A stretch of DNA of 64,000 nt, from positions 13,638,050-13,702,049 of the forward strand of contig NC_134026.1 in the NCBI RefSeq assembly GCF_964204645.1, in the 5' to 3' direction. A model generated the notes under the pieces. That model searched no databases. It worked only from the letters and a program-made list of their open reading frames with translations, and was not told where the DNA came from. The first letter of the stretch is position 1. Each line of letters starts with the position of its first letter. The stretch is from Tubulanus polymorphus (taxonomy: Eukaryota; Animalia; Nemertea). Shown here in pieces: positions 37,640 to 50,098 of the stretch. The position numbers and the translations under genes were made by a program.

Positions 37640-40495
37640 GTGAAAGTTACAGACACGTACATGGCGTAAAACGGACGTAATCGTTTGACGTGACGGATTT
37701 CACGATAACAATAGGACGAGGTGTTCTACGTACCGTTGTCCTAAAAAGATTCGGATTTGCCCCTGTCTCATACACATTGCACCACCATGCGTCCACCCTA
37801 TCGCATTTTGGATCATAAGGTATCTTAGAAACAGCCGGATCAGAGTGGAATTTTCTCACCTCTTTTTCATAACATTAAAATTTCTTCTGGCTGAAGAATA
37901 GTTGTCAATACTTTCTACGGGATTTGAAGCATGTATTTAAGCGCATTAGTATAGCCACGACAAGCAGGGTCTACACTAGAAAAATACAAGAGGGCCATAT
38001 TCTCAAGGGCATTTTCATAATGAAGTATTTTCCACAATCAACATACGCTGTAGAAATCATGTTCAAAAACTTAACACGGAGGGAGTCGTCTTTCCTAAGT
38101 CCCTCTAACAGTCCCTCAGCTGCCTATAAACAACTCTCTGTCACGCATTTTGGCTTCATGACCTCGGGAGTCATGCAGACAAACCAGTTTCTGACCAGAT
38201 GCTGCTTTACAGATAATCTCTGGTTTAACAATACAGGAGAGAAAGTTCCTAACTAAGTCAGTTATCATGTCATATAAAACGTGTATCATTGGCTTATTCA
38301 TTTCCAGCGTCATTACATATTTCTTTAGAAATGGGAGTACAGACTCATAGAAATATGCGTACAAGACCGTTTCCTTAGACTTAATTACGATCTTCTCGTA
38401 AATTCATTGCTTGCGGTTTTTACCAGCCTCTGTTAATCCTTTAGATGACAGTTTCAGCAAGATGCTTTTGATGTGATCTCGAGCCTCAGTAGACACACCA
38501 TGATCCTTATAAATCTCATCAATGATGATAGATAAAGCACTTTGTCATTCTTGTACAAAAAAGAGTAATAAAACACGGTATAAGCATCCTTCAAGTGCAA
38601 AAACGAAAGTGTAGCATCATAGGCAGAAAGGCATCGATGGTCAACGAATCTGTGTGGCATCTGAAATGTAATACCAAGCGAGTTACATATCTCTTCGAGT
38701 GCGACTACGAGATCAGTTGAGAAGTTGAAATCATTGTACAGGTCATTGTATAAGTTTTCCAGATACCTTTCAAATGGTTTACACAGTTTGTGACTTGCAT
38801 TATGAGCATGATGACAAGTGTCGCCATCAATATCAATTAAATGTGGAGCCATGTTGCTGCGAATTCTCTTTTCCACACCGGTTTTGGAACCACGCATAAC
38901 ACTACAACTGTCCATCAATATGGAAATAACATAACACCAGGGAAGTTCACGTTTCACAAATGCATTCGTAATACAGTCATAAACAGTCTGGGAATTGACG
39001 GTCGACATTGAAATGAATTCAAGATGTTCCACGAGAACTTGCTTTCTCTCTAGCGAAAGGTAGGCCACAAGTAAAGCCAGTACACAAGAATGATTGGAGC
39101 TGATGGCTTCATCAATGTTTAAGGAAAACGGCACTACAGCTAGCTTATCTTTTAACTGGTTTTCAAAAGTTTTCGCAATACCATACTTCATCTTATAAGA
39201 TGAACTTGTTCGATCAACTGACAATGATGATAATGCAGTCTTGTCAGCTGCCATGCCTTTAGACAGTTCTATTAAAGCAGGTGATGCTGTGAACGGCAGT
39301 GAATGTTCAGCCATAAACCCGAGTAACATGGATTCCATGTTACTAACCCTGTCTTCTACTGGTACATTTCGTTTTGGTGGGTCTCGCAAGACAGTCTGTT
39401 GCTTGCCAAACATCTGATGAAGACCATAAGTAGTTTTATCAGACTGGCCACTGGAAGTCCCTGAAAAGTTAAAATCTAATATTTTTAGACTTACTTTAAA
39501 AACCTGGATATATTAGGCTGAGGGATTCAATGTACGCTATAGGACTGCACCTGCCCAGTAAAACAGTATCCAACTTAAAGTTGGAACTAAAAAAAAATTG
39601 GGCATAGGCTCCGGCGCGCCCACGCCATTTTCATTCATCCCCCTTTCCCCCATGCACGCCTACCGCAATTGCTGAAATAACGTGCCCCAACCCAAAATTG
39701 AAAATGCATGCAAAAAAGAAAAAAATCCACTCACCTTCACATGGTGCAGCAAAAAATAATTATTAGGCCCAAACCTTTAGGCCTCCCATAAGCTTCTACT
39801 ACAGAAAAAATAATAGCAAAAAGATTTACAAACCTGGGAGAACGTAATTAGACGAAATATCTTTGACGTTTTTCCGATGTTTATTCGACGCGACGTGGTC
39901 TGTCAGTGCAGGTTTTCCCCTGGTATCATACTTTAACACAGCATCACAGGCCGTGCAATACACTTTCCCCGGAGCTTGAATTTTTCTTATGTATTTAACG
40001 AGAAACTCTCCACCTACGTCAGCCTGCAGACAGGCCCACCTCCAGCCATTCGCGAGTGATTTTTCGGATTCAAGCCTGTCACTCGTGCCGGCACGGCGAA
40101 TGAGAATGTCACCTCACATTTTACTACTAGCGTATTGTTATTTCAATTTACCAATCGAAGACGGAAGGCATGCTTGGCACGCTTATTCTTCAAGCGCTCT
40201 CATTCATGAGATGAGCGATATCATTGGCTGACAACCATGAGCTTTAGGCCAATCACAATAACTGTTTCGAATAGACACAGCTTGGACAGCGGAACGACGA
40301 ATTTAAAGGGGAGGAAGCACGTCGTTCGCGTTCATTATCTGTGAGGGGATATAGGTTCATCGATATTCCATCAACCAACCACCCCCCCATGTTTTCTCAT
40401 CGGATTTGGACGAATTGCAAAACTGATATTTTTTGAAGAGGAGAAACGCAGAAAAAATCCGCAGATCCGCGGACCTCTCACATGTAGGCCTATGC
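37640..40495 (-). mobile_element. Degenerate hAT transposon with transposase pseudogene
   Basis: BED-finger exon at ~40075-39834 (WRW..KVYCTACD..DHVASNKH). The ORF at 38454-39413 has FSLNIDE, ILMDSCSVMRG and DTCHHAHNA. A candidate terminus ccgcggacctctcacatgt lies at ~40468-40486; the other end was not resolved. Confidence 0.82.
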
Positions 40496-40531
40496 AAATT
40501 AACAAATTGATTTGCATTAACCTGGCAACCT

Positions 40532-40760
40532 GTAGCTCGTACGTCTTTCTTTCAAGACATCTTGGTGTTTCTTGCTTGAAACATGCTTGTCAAGTGCAAA
40601 TCGCCCTCTTCCACCATGGTTTATTTCGGATTGACACCATAAAAAAAGGCTTTACCTAATGTATCAAGTTACCGAATGAATTGAACAAAAGGGACATTGT
40701 CAACAATTTTCTCCAACCAGTCCCATCTCCAGGGGTTTTTAATTCCCCTGTCTACTGTAG
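40532..40760 (-). pseudogene. Second, paralogous hAT BED-finger exon fragment
   Basis: Reads VDRGIKNPWRWDWLEK..WCQSEINHGGRGRFALDKHVSSKKH..SYRLP, followed by a GT donor. Same layout as the exon at 39834-40075. Confidence 0.7.
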
Positions 40761-41068
40761 GCCTATGTGGGTCCCCGCCGTATTGTTCCCCAGGATAAGC
40801 AGTTTCAAAACCATCCACTTATTTTCATGAAAATCAATGTAAAATTATATAAGCTGTATTGCACTAACGGAGCATCTCAAAATTTCAATAATTGCGTCAA
40901 TTGGAATAACTGTCTAATTCTTTCTCAACCCCCCCCCATCCCCCCTTTGGTTAGACACATGCCAAAGTTGGAACTATTGATTTTCTAATAAGAGACAACA
41001 GACTAAGATAAGACATTCTCACCAGTGTATTTCAATCAAAACTTTTAGTTGAAAAATAAAATAGCTAA

Positions 41069-41242
41069 TAAAATAAAAACCCACTATCTACAGTTTAAAA
41101 GAATTTAAAAACAAGAATTTATTTATTTAATCTAAAATATATAGAATACACGGCGTTTCGATCTCACCCTAGAGATCATCGTCAGGTGTGAGATTTTTTA
41201 TCTTATTATCCGTTCACCACATTTGAGTGTGGTTATCGTTCT
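41069..41242 (-). mobile_element. 174-bp retro-insertion with a hammerhead-like motif (Penelope pLTR or retrozyme-like)
   Basis: 13-bp TSD ataaaatagctaa (41056-41068, 41243-41255). The minus strand reads acac-CTGACGA-t-gatctc-tagggt-gagatc-GAAA-cgcc-gtgt. Confidence 0.7.
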
Positions 41243-41278
41243 ATAAAATAGCTAAATTACAGTTGAAAAACCTATTAA

Positions 41279-41752
41279 CCCATAAGCACTCAGGAATTGC
41301 ACTATGTAATGTGTCAATTACTCCTCAGAAAATTCAAGGTAAAATCGAAGTTCATCGCGATACCGAATAGCTCCTTTGCTGTTCATTTCCATGCATCACA
41401 AGTTCGTGTTATTTTGTAGTAAATAGTCAAGGCTTTCACATGATGTAGGATTTGATGAGGCGGGCCACAAAAATCGTGTCCTCTTGGCCCCCCCGAAATT
41501 CATCCCAGCTTACTTGGATTTAAAGTGAGCGCTCAGATGTGTCATGTTCGAAATACTCGAGAAAATGAAATAGGAGGATGTTGATTCCTGTTTGGTATTT
41601 TGAGGACTAAGGTGTGTAGTTTATCGTAAGCTATTGGGTTCGAATCCCACTATAACCGTTTTCGCACAGCATACAAAAAAGTGCCAGGGTGGATTCCGGC
41701 AGCTTGAGGAGTAATAGGCAGGGCGGATATGGGCGGCTTGAGTGCTAATGGG
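41279..41752. mobile_element. piggyBac-like MITE
   Basis: TTAA TSD on both sides; TIR cccataagcactca / tgagtgctaatggg (13/14). Confidence 0.85.
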
Positions 41753-41777
41753 TTAAAATCTAATGGACTTTATAAAA

Positions 41778-43066
41778 ACTAGGGGTCCAGGGACACCATG
41801 CCCACTTGGGAAGTGGTTCCAAATGCTCAACATTCTAACAATTTCAATATTCAACGCCCCCTGGTGACCATATACAGAATCCAATGACCTTGAAACTCAC
41901 CACAATCATAGAACATGTCAGCAGCTACAACTTTGTAATTGATTGTGATAACAAAATATGCCTCGTTACCACTTGAATATGGAAATACTAAGTTATTCTA
42001 CTATTCAACGCCCCCTGGTGACCATATTCAAAACCCAATGACCTTGAAACTCACCACAATCATAGAACATGTCACGAACTATAACTTTGTAATTGATCAT
42101 GGTAACAAAATATGCCTAGGTACCAATATAATAAGGAAATACTAAGTTATTCTACTATTCAACGCCCCCTGGTGACCATATAGAATAACTAATGGCCTTA
42201 AAACTTGCCACAATCATAGATGATGTCATGAGCTACAACTTTGCAATTGATTGTGGTTACAAAATATGCATTGATACGAATATAATATAGAAATACTAAG
42301 ATATTGCATTATTCAACGCCCCCTGGTGGCCGTATACAGAAACCAATGACCATGAAACTCACCACAATCATAGAACACGTTATGAGCTACAACTTTCTAA
42401 ATGATTGTGGTAACAAAATACGCTTAGGTATCAATATAATGTGGAAAAACTTTTTCCCACTTACAAATGAGTACTGCTGACACCAAGATGGCCGCCAATT
42501 GCGTCATAATTGGCTGATGAAAAATACCTGGCTCAGGTATAAAACATCCCTTTCCAAAGAATACCCATCACAAATTGCAATGAGAAATGATAAACCAGTA
42601 GGAAACTACAGGACTCAGAATTTGGGCCAAAATTAACATTTTTGGGCTCTAAAAAGGTCATAGGGCGACCATCTTGAGTCCGATCGACCCACTTTTTGTT
42701 ATGCTGATGGGCCCTGGGGGAATTCACATATATCCGAAAGATCAAGGTAATTGATCAAAGCGTCTTCAAAATTTCCCTCAAAATGTTCAAAAATGTGTAA
42801 AAAGTGCTGATTTTGGCGAACAACAATGGCTGCCAGTCGGCTATCTTGAATCTGACAGGGCCAGTTTTTGGGCTGAAGATGTGTCTAGGGTAGATACATG
42901 TGTAACCCAAATATCAACACATTACCTTGAAGCGTCTTCAAAACTTCCCAAAATAACTGGATTCCGTCTACGGACGGACGGACGGACGGACGGACGAACG
43001 GACGGACGACGGACGAAAAGTGAACACGATAGCCCGCTGGGACTAAAGTCCCAAGTGGGCTAAAAA
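41778..43066 (+). mobile_element. Full-length HINE-like family A element
   Basis: 5' aactaggggtcc, about five ~122-bp tandem units, a (GGAC)n microsatellite, and a 3' hairpin agccc..tgggactaaagtccca..gggct plus an A run. Further pieces lie at 23860-24130, 51485-52100 (minus) and 52110-52735. Confidence 0.8.
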
Positions 43067-43309
43067 TAAAATATATCTAAAATACCAACAGCATCTAAAA
43101 GAGAGAATGTTAAATCTACTGCTTGTAATATATATATTTGAAACTGCAATTCAATCTAATGTTATCTTTATTGCCCCGCAATAGATCGATAATTTCGATG
43201 AATCCGCGTGGGGCCTTTACCCCCCATCCCCTTCCGCAAGTTATTCTAATTGAAGTAACCATCAAAATTTTGAGATGCTCCCCAACAAAAAATTCAAGAG
43301 GACTGCCCT

Positions 43310-44202
43310 CAGTGTTGCCAGCACCTAGCTTTGCTATATCCGGAAGTATTTATTGACATACACAAACTTGCGAGCGCCGAAGGCGCGAAGCCATTTCGGG
43401 GGGTTTGAGGTTCCCCCCCAAGAAAATTTCAGAAATTAGAAGCGTTTTCCGAGCACTTAGAGCGATCGTGAACCCATGAACAACTTATTATATTCTGGAA
43501 GGTAATGGCTATTTCCAATGTGGCACATCCTCATTCGTTGACGATCAGCATCTTCTCACGCATTACGGGTCGAGTCCTGAATTATTGCAGTTCAAATGCG
43601 CCGATGAACGCTCACAAATTCAAGATCGTAGCGCTTGAGCGCTTAGTTGGCAAGGAAATATTCAAAATTTCATTAATAATCAATTTATCCGTGAATATTA
43701 TGCAACTCATTTTCCGGGGAACTATCGCATACGGGCCTATTGAAAATAAAAAAAATGGAACATTCAAAAAAGGACGGATCATAGATAGTTTAGGCCTAAG
43801 CCTATATAGATGATCATAGATGTGTAACCTGAAGGGACGTACCTATGAATGCTCTGATAAAGATGATCTAATACAAGCGCGGCGTATCAGCAAGTCAAGT
43901 CATGGTTACAGTACAGAAGTTTATTGAACTCCAAAATTTTACAATACACATTCGAATATAAAATCAATAAAGTTATAAGCACTACTCTGTATACTTACAC
44001 AAAAGCGGCTCGACCGCAGAGCTGCGCGCCGTCATCATGACGATTGGTGGTGGTGCAATCATCACAGCGAATGCGTATGGGTGGCCGTTCTAATAAAAAT
44101 TAACGGCATTTTCGCGCAGTACGGAGAAGAAAATTTCCGGATTTTTTTTTGAAAGTTTCGATTTCCGGAACTCCGGAAATTTCCGGAAGTCTGGCAACAC
44201 TG
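43310..44202. mobile_element. hAT-like MITE with a 6-bp TSD
   Basis: Perfect 12-bp TIR cagtgttgccag / ctggcaacactg, with TGCCCT at 43304-43309 and 44203-44208. Confidence 0.85.
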
Positions 44203-44909
44203 TGCCCTAGCAGCCATATTTACTGGCCTTAATTCTCTATTTTAATAGGGTTCAATATCTCACCTACCCCGATCCAAAAAAATATTCATCGAAACCTCTC
44301 AAGAATTGTGGGCTGGATTTGCTAACAAGAAATACAAAATGGCTGCCATGGCGGGGTGGATATCTCACCTACCCAAAGCCTCACAGTGACTCACAGTGAG
44401 TTTCATGAAGATCCATAAATAATTGAAGGTCGCAAATTCAAGATGGCCACCCTGGCAGCCATGTTCGATTGCCAATGACATCCATTTTCATTAGATGGCT
44501 GTCTTGGCGATAACCTCCATTTTCAATAGGGGTGGACATCTCACCTCCCCCTATCCTCATACTTAGTTTAAAGAACAATCCATCAAGAGTTGCAGTCCGT
44601 ATTGTGCTAATGAGATGTCAGAGTATGGCAGACGCAGATGGCGCACCCAACATGCGCATACAGGGCGGCGCACAAAACGTGAAATATGATGTTTCCCCAT
44701 ACTGGAGAGACAAAATTATCTCACAGTAAAAACAAAATATGATTTATGGGGTTCCTCTGGCATGGGAAAAGTTTCCCTAATATTTTTTGCATGAAGTGTA
44801 TAGGGTATTTATTGGCTAGGTAAGTAAATAATTTGGAATTGGCAGTGAACGTATCAAGAGATCATTTGAACACCCGATCATCCATTTAAAAACAAATTCA
44901 ATGATTCAC

Positions 44910-44997
44910 CGTGAATTTATCAGCTGCAGTGAAGTCTTCATCAAGAAATACCCGTGTTTTGTCATAACAATCTAAGGCATCATTTGACAGAATAGCC
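44910..44997 (-). CDS. INPP5A: INPP5A-like exon
   Basis: 88-bp exon with ttttcag acceptor and gtgaat donor. It joins the previous exon in phase 2 and encodes (K)AILSNDALDCYDKTRVFLDEDFTAADKFT, versus recalled ELLSSDAMKEYNRARVYLDENYKSQEHFT. Confidence 0.92.
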
Positions 44998-45301
44998 CTG
45001 AAAAAAGAATTTAAAAATCAAACATTTTTCATCACTCTTTAATGAGTTAACATTACATATTATCTATATATTAATACGAAACTATGTACCAAATAGCGTC
45101 GCCGTGGAGAAGAATTGGGACTAGAAATTTTGTGTGGTAGTCAATCATTGTATAAACTAATGCAACGGGTATAAACTGGTGTGAAAATATTTATAGGGGG
45201 CCAAACGGTGGCAGACAAAATTTCAGCCAATCAGTAAGCAGGAATTCTAATTATAGACTCTTACTGCACCAAAGCAATTCTACAGTACTGTATCACTATG
45301 C

Positions 45302-45370
45302 AGTCACAATGGCCCACTTAGTAGAGCACAAGACTTGCACCTGATTGGCAGAAGTTCGAGTCCCGCGTAC
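45302..45370 (+). mobile_element. Degenerate tRNA-derived SINE head
   Basis: A-box-like tggcccacttagtagagca and B-box gttcgagtccc at tRNA-like spacing; no complete cloverleaf. Confidence 0.45.
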
Positions 45371-47599
45371 CTCGGTCATATTTTGTTTACCACCGATTTA
45401 ATTTCATTGCGAATAAATTGAACAGTTTGAAGTTCTGGCCAAAGGAAATCACCCGTGGTTTCCACGGGTATTACTCAAGTATTGATTTAATGCCAGTCAT
45501 TCTTTTTGTACTTTCATCTTTTCCATGTAAAAGAAATGCATGTATATTGATGACACATTGCCTCATCATCCATCGAAAATTAGTAACATAATCCATGGAA
45601 ATTAACCTCAAACATTTGGATCAAAGCAATAGTTGAAAATTTGAGGCCACCAGGGTTGGGGCAATATGGCAAATATCTAACTTCATTCTACACACTTAAA
45701 ATTACATACCATTTCTGATATGTATAATGGGGTAGGTCCATCGATGAAACCTATTGAAAATCAGCTTTCTCGTTCTTCCAATTTGGCCGCTATGGCAGAC
45801 GTCTTGAATTTCTTGCCAGGGCTCTCCACACATCAAATAACATGCAATTTCTTTTAAACTTAGTATGTGCAATGAGGTAAGTCCATGGATGTAACCTATC
45901 GAAAATTGGCTTGCTCGCTCTTCCAACATGGCATTCCGGACAATTTTCCTAGATCAGCCCCTGATTAGATGTGTCATTGATTGCTTCTGTGCAATTTCTT
46001 GTAAAAATTTCTTCATGAAAAATAGCAGTTCTTGCTCCTTAATATAGACTTAACGTTTAGCATACCACCAGGGTAACATGTGTGGCATTATGCCACTTTC
46101 TAGTTGATTAGAAGTTTTTAGCCCCTGGTGACCACATACAACAACTGATGATCTGAAATCTCTTCACAATCATAAAACTTGTCACAACCTACCATTTTGC
46201 AATGTTTGTAGTATCAAAATATACGTAGTTACCAATGAAATATGAAAATACTAACTTATTCAGCTATTCACACTTCCTGGTAACCATATAGTGGGTGGGT
46301 TAAGAGCAAAATGGGGTGTTGACTTCAAGTCATGCTACAAAAGTCTCCTTTTGCACAGAGTAACCATAGGGTGATAGGAAGATTATTATCCAAAGACACA
46401 AGCGAGATCACCCCTTACATTTAGAATACAGCATTTTTAAAAGTGGCCGCCACCACCACTACTGAAAGTCTTATTTTCAACCATAACTTTGCAACCAAGT
46501 GACCTACACTAGTAAAATCCCTGTCTTTGCCCAATAAATCATGCTCAACCAATCAGATGACTTCAGGCTCATTCCATTTTGACCAATGATTAGGCCAAAA
46601 TGGCTGCCGCCGCTATTATCAGAAATCACATTTTTTATTATAAATTTGGAAACAACTGACCTACACTAGTCAAATTGATGTGTTTACCCACTAAATCATG
46701 GTCAACCAATCAGATTACATTATGCTTATTCCATTTTGACCAATGATTTGGCCGTTTTCCAATATGGCTGCCGCCGCCATTATCAGAATTAACATTATCA
46801 CATCATCAATCGTTACTTGGGATCCACTTTTTCGAGAGTCTAGTGCAATCAAAATCCTCACCCACCTCAGCATAGTCCTACAACTGTAATAGGTCTATAT
46901 TTCCATCAGTTCTATGGATCCATGAATTGATATATCCATAGAAACAGTAACAATGGTTATCAGTTAGCTCAAAATCCAATACCATGGTAATCACAGTGAA
47001 AGTATGTGACATGTTTTGCTAGCAATCACAAAAACATATGAAAATGGAAATAACAAGAATGAGACTTAATGGACAGCTGACACATGCAAGTAAATTTATT
47101 TTACATCTTAATTTGTGGAAATCTTTCTAGCTCCATAGATCTTAAAAGTAGAAAGTTCCTCCGTCCATAAATTCATAGCTGCTTGGTCAATGCAACACAA
47201 TATATTTTAGGCCTACATTGAAAGGGACCCCCGGTTGGCAACCATGAAAGTTGGCAATTATTAACTGGGCTATACCAGGCACTTATCTCACCCCTAAGGC
47301 CAAAATAAGAAGATGCCTTGATTTTCATCACCGCAACATGAAGATATCATATTAGTCAGCCTGCCAATGGGTAAAAGACCTCTAGAAAAAAATATCACAT
47401 CATTTTTTGTTAATGGTTGGCAACATACATCAATCGATAGATATATAATAAGGCCCAATACAAAAACCAATGACCTTGAAACTCAAAGACAATCATACAA
47501 CATCATGTCATAAGCGGTTCAAGTCCAGTATAGCGTGGAATAGTTCCCCGCTCAAAGATACATTTTAAGAAAAGGAGTAATTCCGCTGCATACTTTTCA

Positions 47600-48325
47600 A
47601 GACAAACCGACAAACCGACATACCGACAAACCGACGAACCGACATACCGACGAACCGACATACTGACATACCGACAAACCGACATACCGACAAACCAACA
47701 TACTTGTAGTCCCTCAATCCAGCCACGGGTAATCCACGGATCCTAGCCACATTATATAAGGGTAATCCACGCAACCACGCAGCTCCTCCATCCCAGCCAC
47801 ATTATATAAGGGTAATCCACGCAACCACGCAGCCCCTCGATCCGAGCCACATTATATAAGGGTAATCCACGCCCACACGCAGCCCCTAGATCCTAGCCAC
47901 TTTATATGAGGGTAATCGGCGGGTAATCCACGCATATACCCAGCCCGTCGATCCCAGCCACTTTATATAAGGATAATTTAATGCACCACACAGCCCCTCG
48001 ATCCGAGCCAATTTATACAAGGGTAATCCAGGTACATACCCAGCCCCTCGATCCCGCCACTTTTTTTAAGGGTAATCCACGCACCACACAGCCCCTCGAT
48101 CCCGGCCATTTTGTATACTTGGGTAATCCAGGTACATACCCAGCCCCTCGATCCCAGCCACTTTATATAAGGGTAATCCACGCAAACACGCAGCCCCTCC
48201 CTTCCAGCCACTTTATATAAGGGTAATCCACGCACGGATTTGTCGGTTCGTCAGTTCGTTGGTATGTCGGTTTGTCGGTTCATCGGTTTGGTCGGTTCGT
48301 CGGTATGTCGGTTTGTTCGCACGTC
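47600..48325. repeat. ~50-bp minisatellite flanked by inverted 8-bp microsatellite arms
   Basis: (aaaccgac/ataccgac)n at 47604-47700 and (gtcggttt/gtcggtat)n at 48240-48318. The core unit is cccagccac.ttatataagggtaatccacgca..acgcagcccctcgat. Confidence 0.85.
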
Positions 48326-49560
48326 CCTATGGTGTAATGTCGTAAGATTCAATCAGTCCAATATTGGCGGATTAATTCAAAATACCTGTCCAATGTGATA
48401 AGTCTCTGCTGGAACCATATAATGCTATAATGGACTTGAGCCGTCATAAGCTACAACTTGTTGATTGATATTGGTAACAAAAGGTCTTAGGTACGGGAAA
48501 ATTGTATATAATTCAATATTCAACTCCCTCTGGAGGCAAGAACAAAAACCTGGGTAACCCCAATTCTACATAAGAAGAAGGATACTATGACTGTGACACT
48601 ATATTTCAAATATCAAGAGACTATAAGATAAAACTTGTCACTATTTTCCTGAAAAAACCTTTTTCTATCTTGTAATGAGGACTGATGACACTAAGATGGC
48701 TGCCGATCGGGTAATGCTAGACATCACAGAAGGTCTGATATGTTTAAGAGCCCTTCTCAATGTATAACCAGGACAAATTTCGATGAAAAATAGCAAACCT
48801 TACGGAAGCCAGAGTGTAATGTGTGTATAGTTTAGTTATTTCAGTTCTGATCTGAATTTTAAGTTTACTCTTCTTGTATACATATTTAGAAATTCTGAGA
48901 AATGTATTTTCACGCTTTGTGAGTTTAAAGCTTAGTTGAGGTACAAAAGTCGAAATGCACGCTTATTGGGTGTCAGTCCATTCTGTAAGTCGGCAGAACG
49001 AGTATCGTTCGCTCTGGAATAAATCTTTGCAGGAATAATGTGTTGCAAGTACATGTACTATCAATTTTGTAATGTATCTAGACGTTTGTCGACTTTTTGT
49101 GTAAATTTCTGTCAAAATTCAAGGATTTGAAAGCTTGTAGTTTACATTTTTGCAGCCAATTTCAGGATAAGTTTCGACTTATATCTCTTTATAATTTGTC
49201 AAAATTTATTTGCTGTAAGAGCGCTTAAATTTATCGTCTTTTCCTCATATTTCATAAACTTGAAACTTGTTCATTTATATATGAATTTCGTAGCTAGTTT
49301 GCATATTAATTAAACATGTTAATTATGGCTTGTAAGCCCAGGAGTATTTGCGTAAACTTAGTATGTTTACAATTTGTATTTTGTAGAAACCGTGTCTTTT
49401 CGTCGACTTAAAACTGAATATATCTAAACAAGCGTTTACTGTTCCTGACGTCTCGTTTCGACCATCCAATAAACAGATGTCTCAGGATTCAGGGCAAAAA
49501 TTACCTTTTTGGCACAAAAAGATCACACAAAGGCCATCGTGTGTCCGATTGACCCAATTT

Positions 49561-50098
49561 ACTCATGCGGATGCCCCAATACATGTTTAAACCAAAGATC
49601 AAGACAATCTTTTGAAGCATCTTCCATAACCGGATTCCATCTATGGATAGATAGAAGGACAGACCAACGGACGACTGAAGAAAAGTGAATGCAGTAGTCT
49701 GCTGGGACATAAGTCCGAAGTGGGCTAAAACTGTACACCAGGCAACCACCGCCTTTTACCTTCATCGGCCTATGACTTTTGCATTACCAGGTATATGGCA
49801 GATTGCACAATAATGGGTTCCAAAAACTAACTCATGCGGATGCCCCAATACATGTTTAAACCAAAGATCAAGACAATCTTTTGAAGCATCTTCCATAACC
49901 GGATTCCATCTATGGATAGATAGAAGGACAGACCAACGGACGACTGAAGAAAAGTGAATGCAGTAGTCTGCTGGGACATAAGTCCGAAGTGGGCTAAAAC
50001 TGTACACCAGGCAACCACCGCCTTTTACCTTCATCGGCCTATGACTTTTGCATTACCAGGTATATGGCAGATTGCACAATAATGGGTTCCAAAAACTA
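49561..50098 (+). repeat. Apparently exact 269-bp tandem duplication
   Basis: 49561-49829 and 49830-50098; the ORF track shows identical peptides offset by 269. Confidence 0.92.

Larger units (their letters stand above)
40868..43282. mobile_element. PIF/Harbinger-like MITE carrying three nested insertions
   Basis: TIR ggagcatctcaaaattt / aaattttgagatgctccc. Colinear with the intact copy at 53775-54239 once the inserts are removed. Confidence 0.8.

Noticed and set aside
41620-41655. tRNA gene (gggttcgaatccc T-arm)
   Set aside because: Only a B-box-like arm inside a MITE; no cloverleaf.
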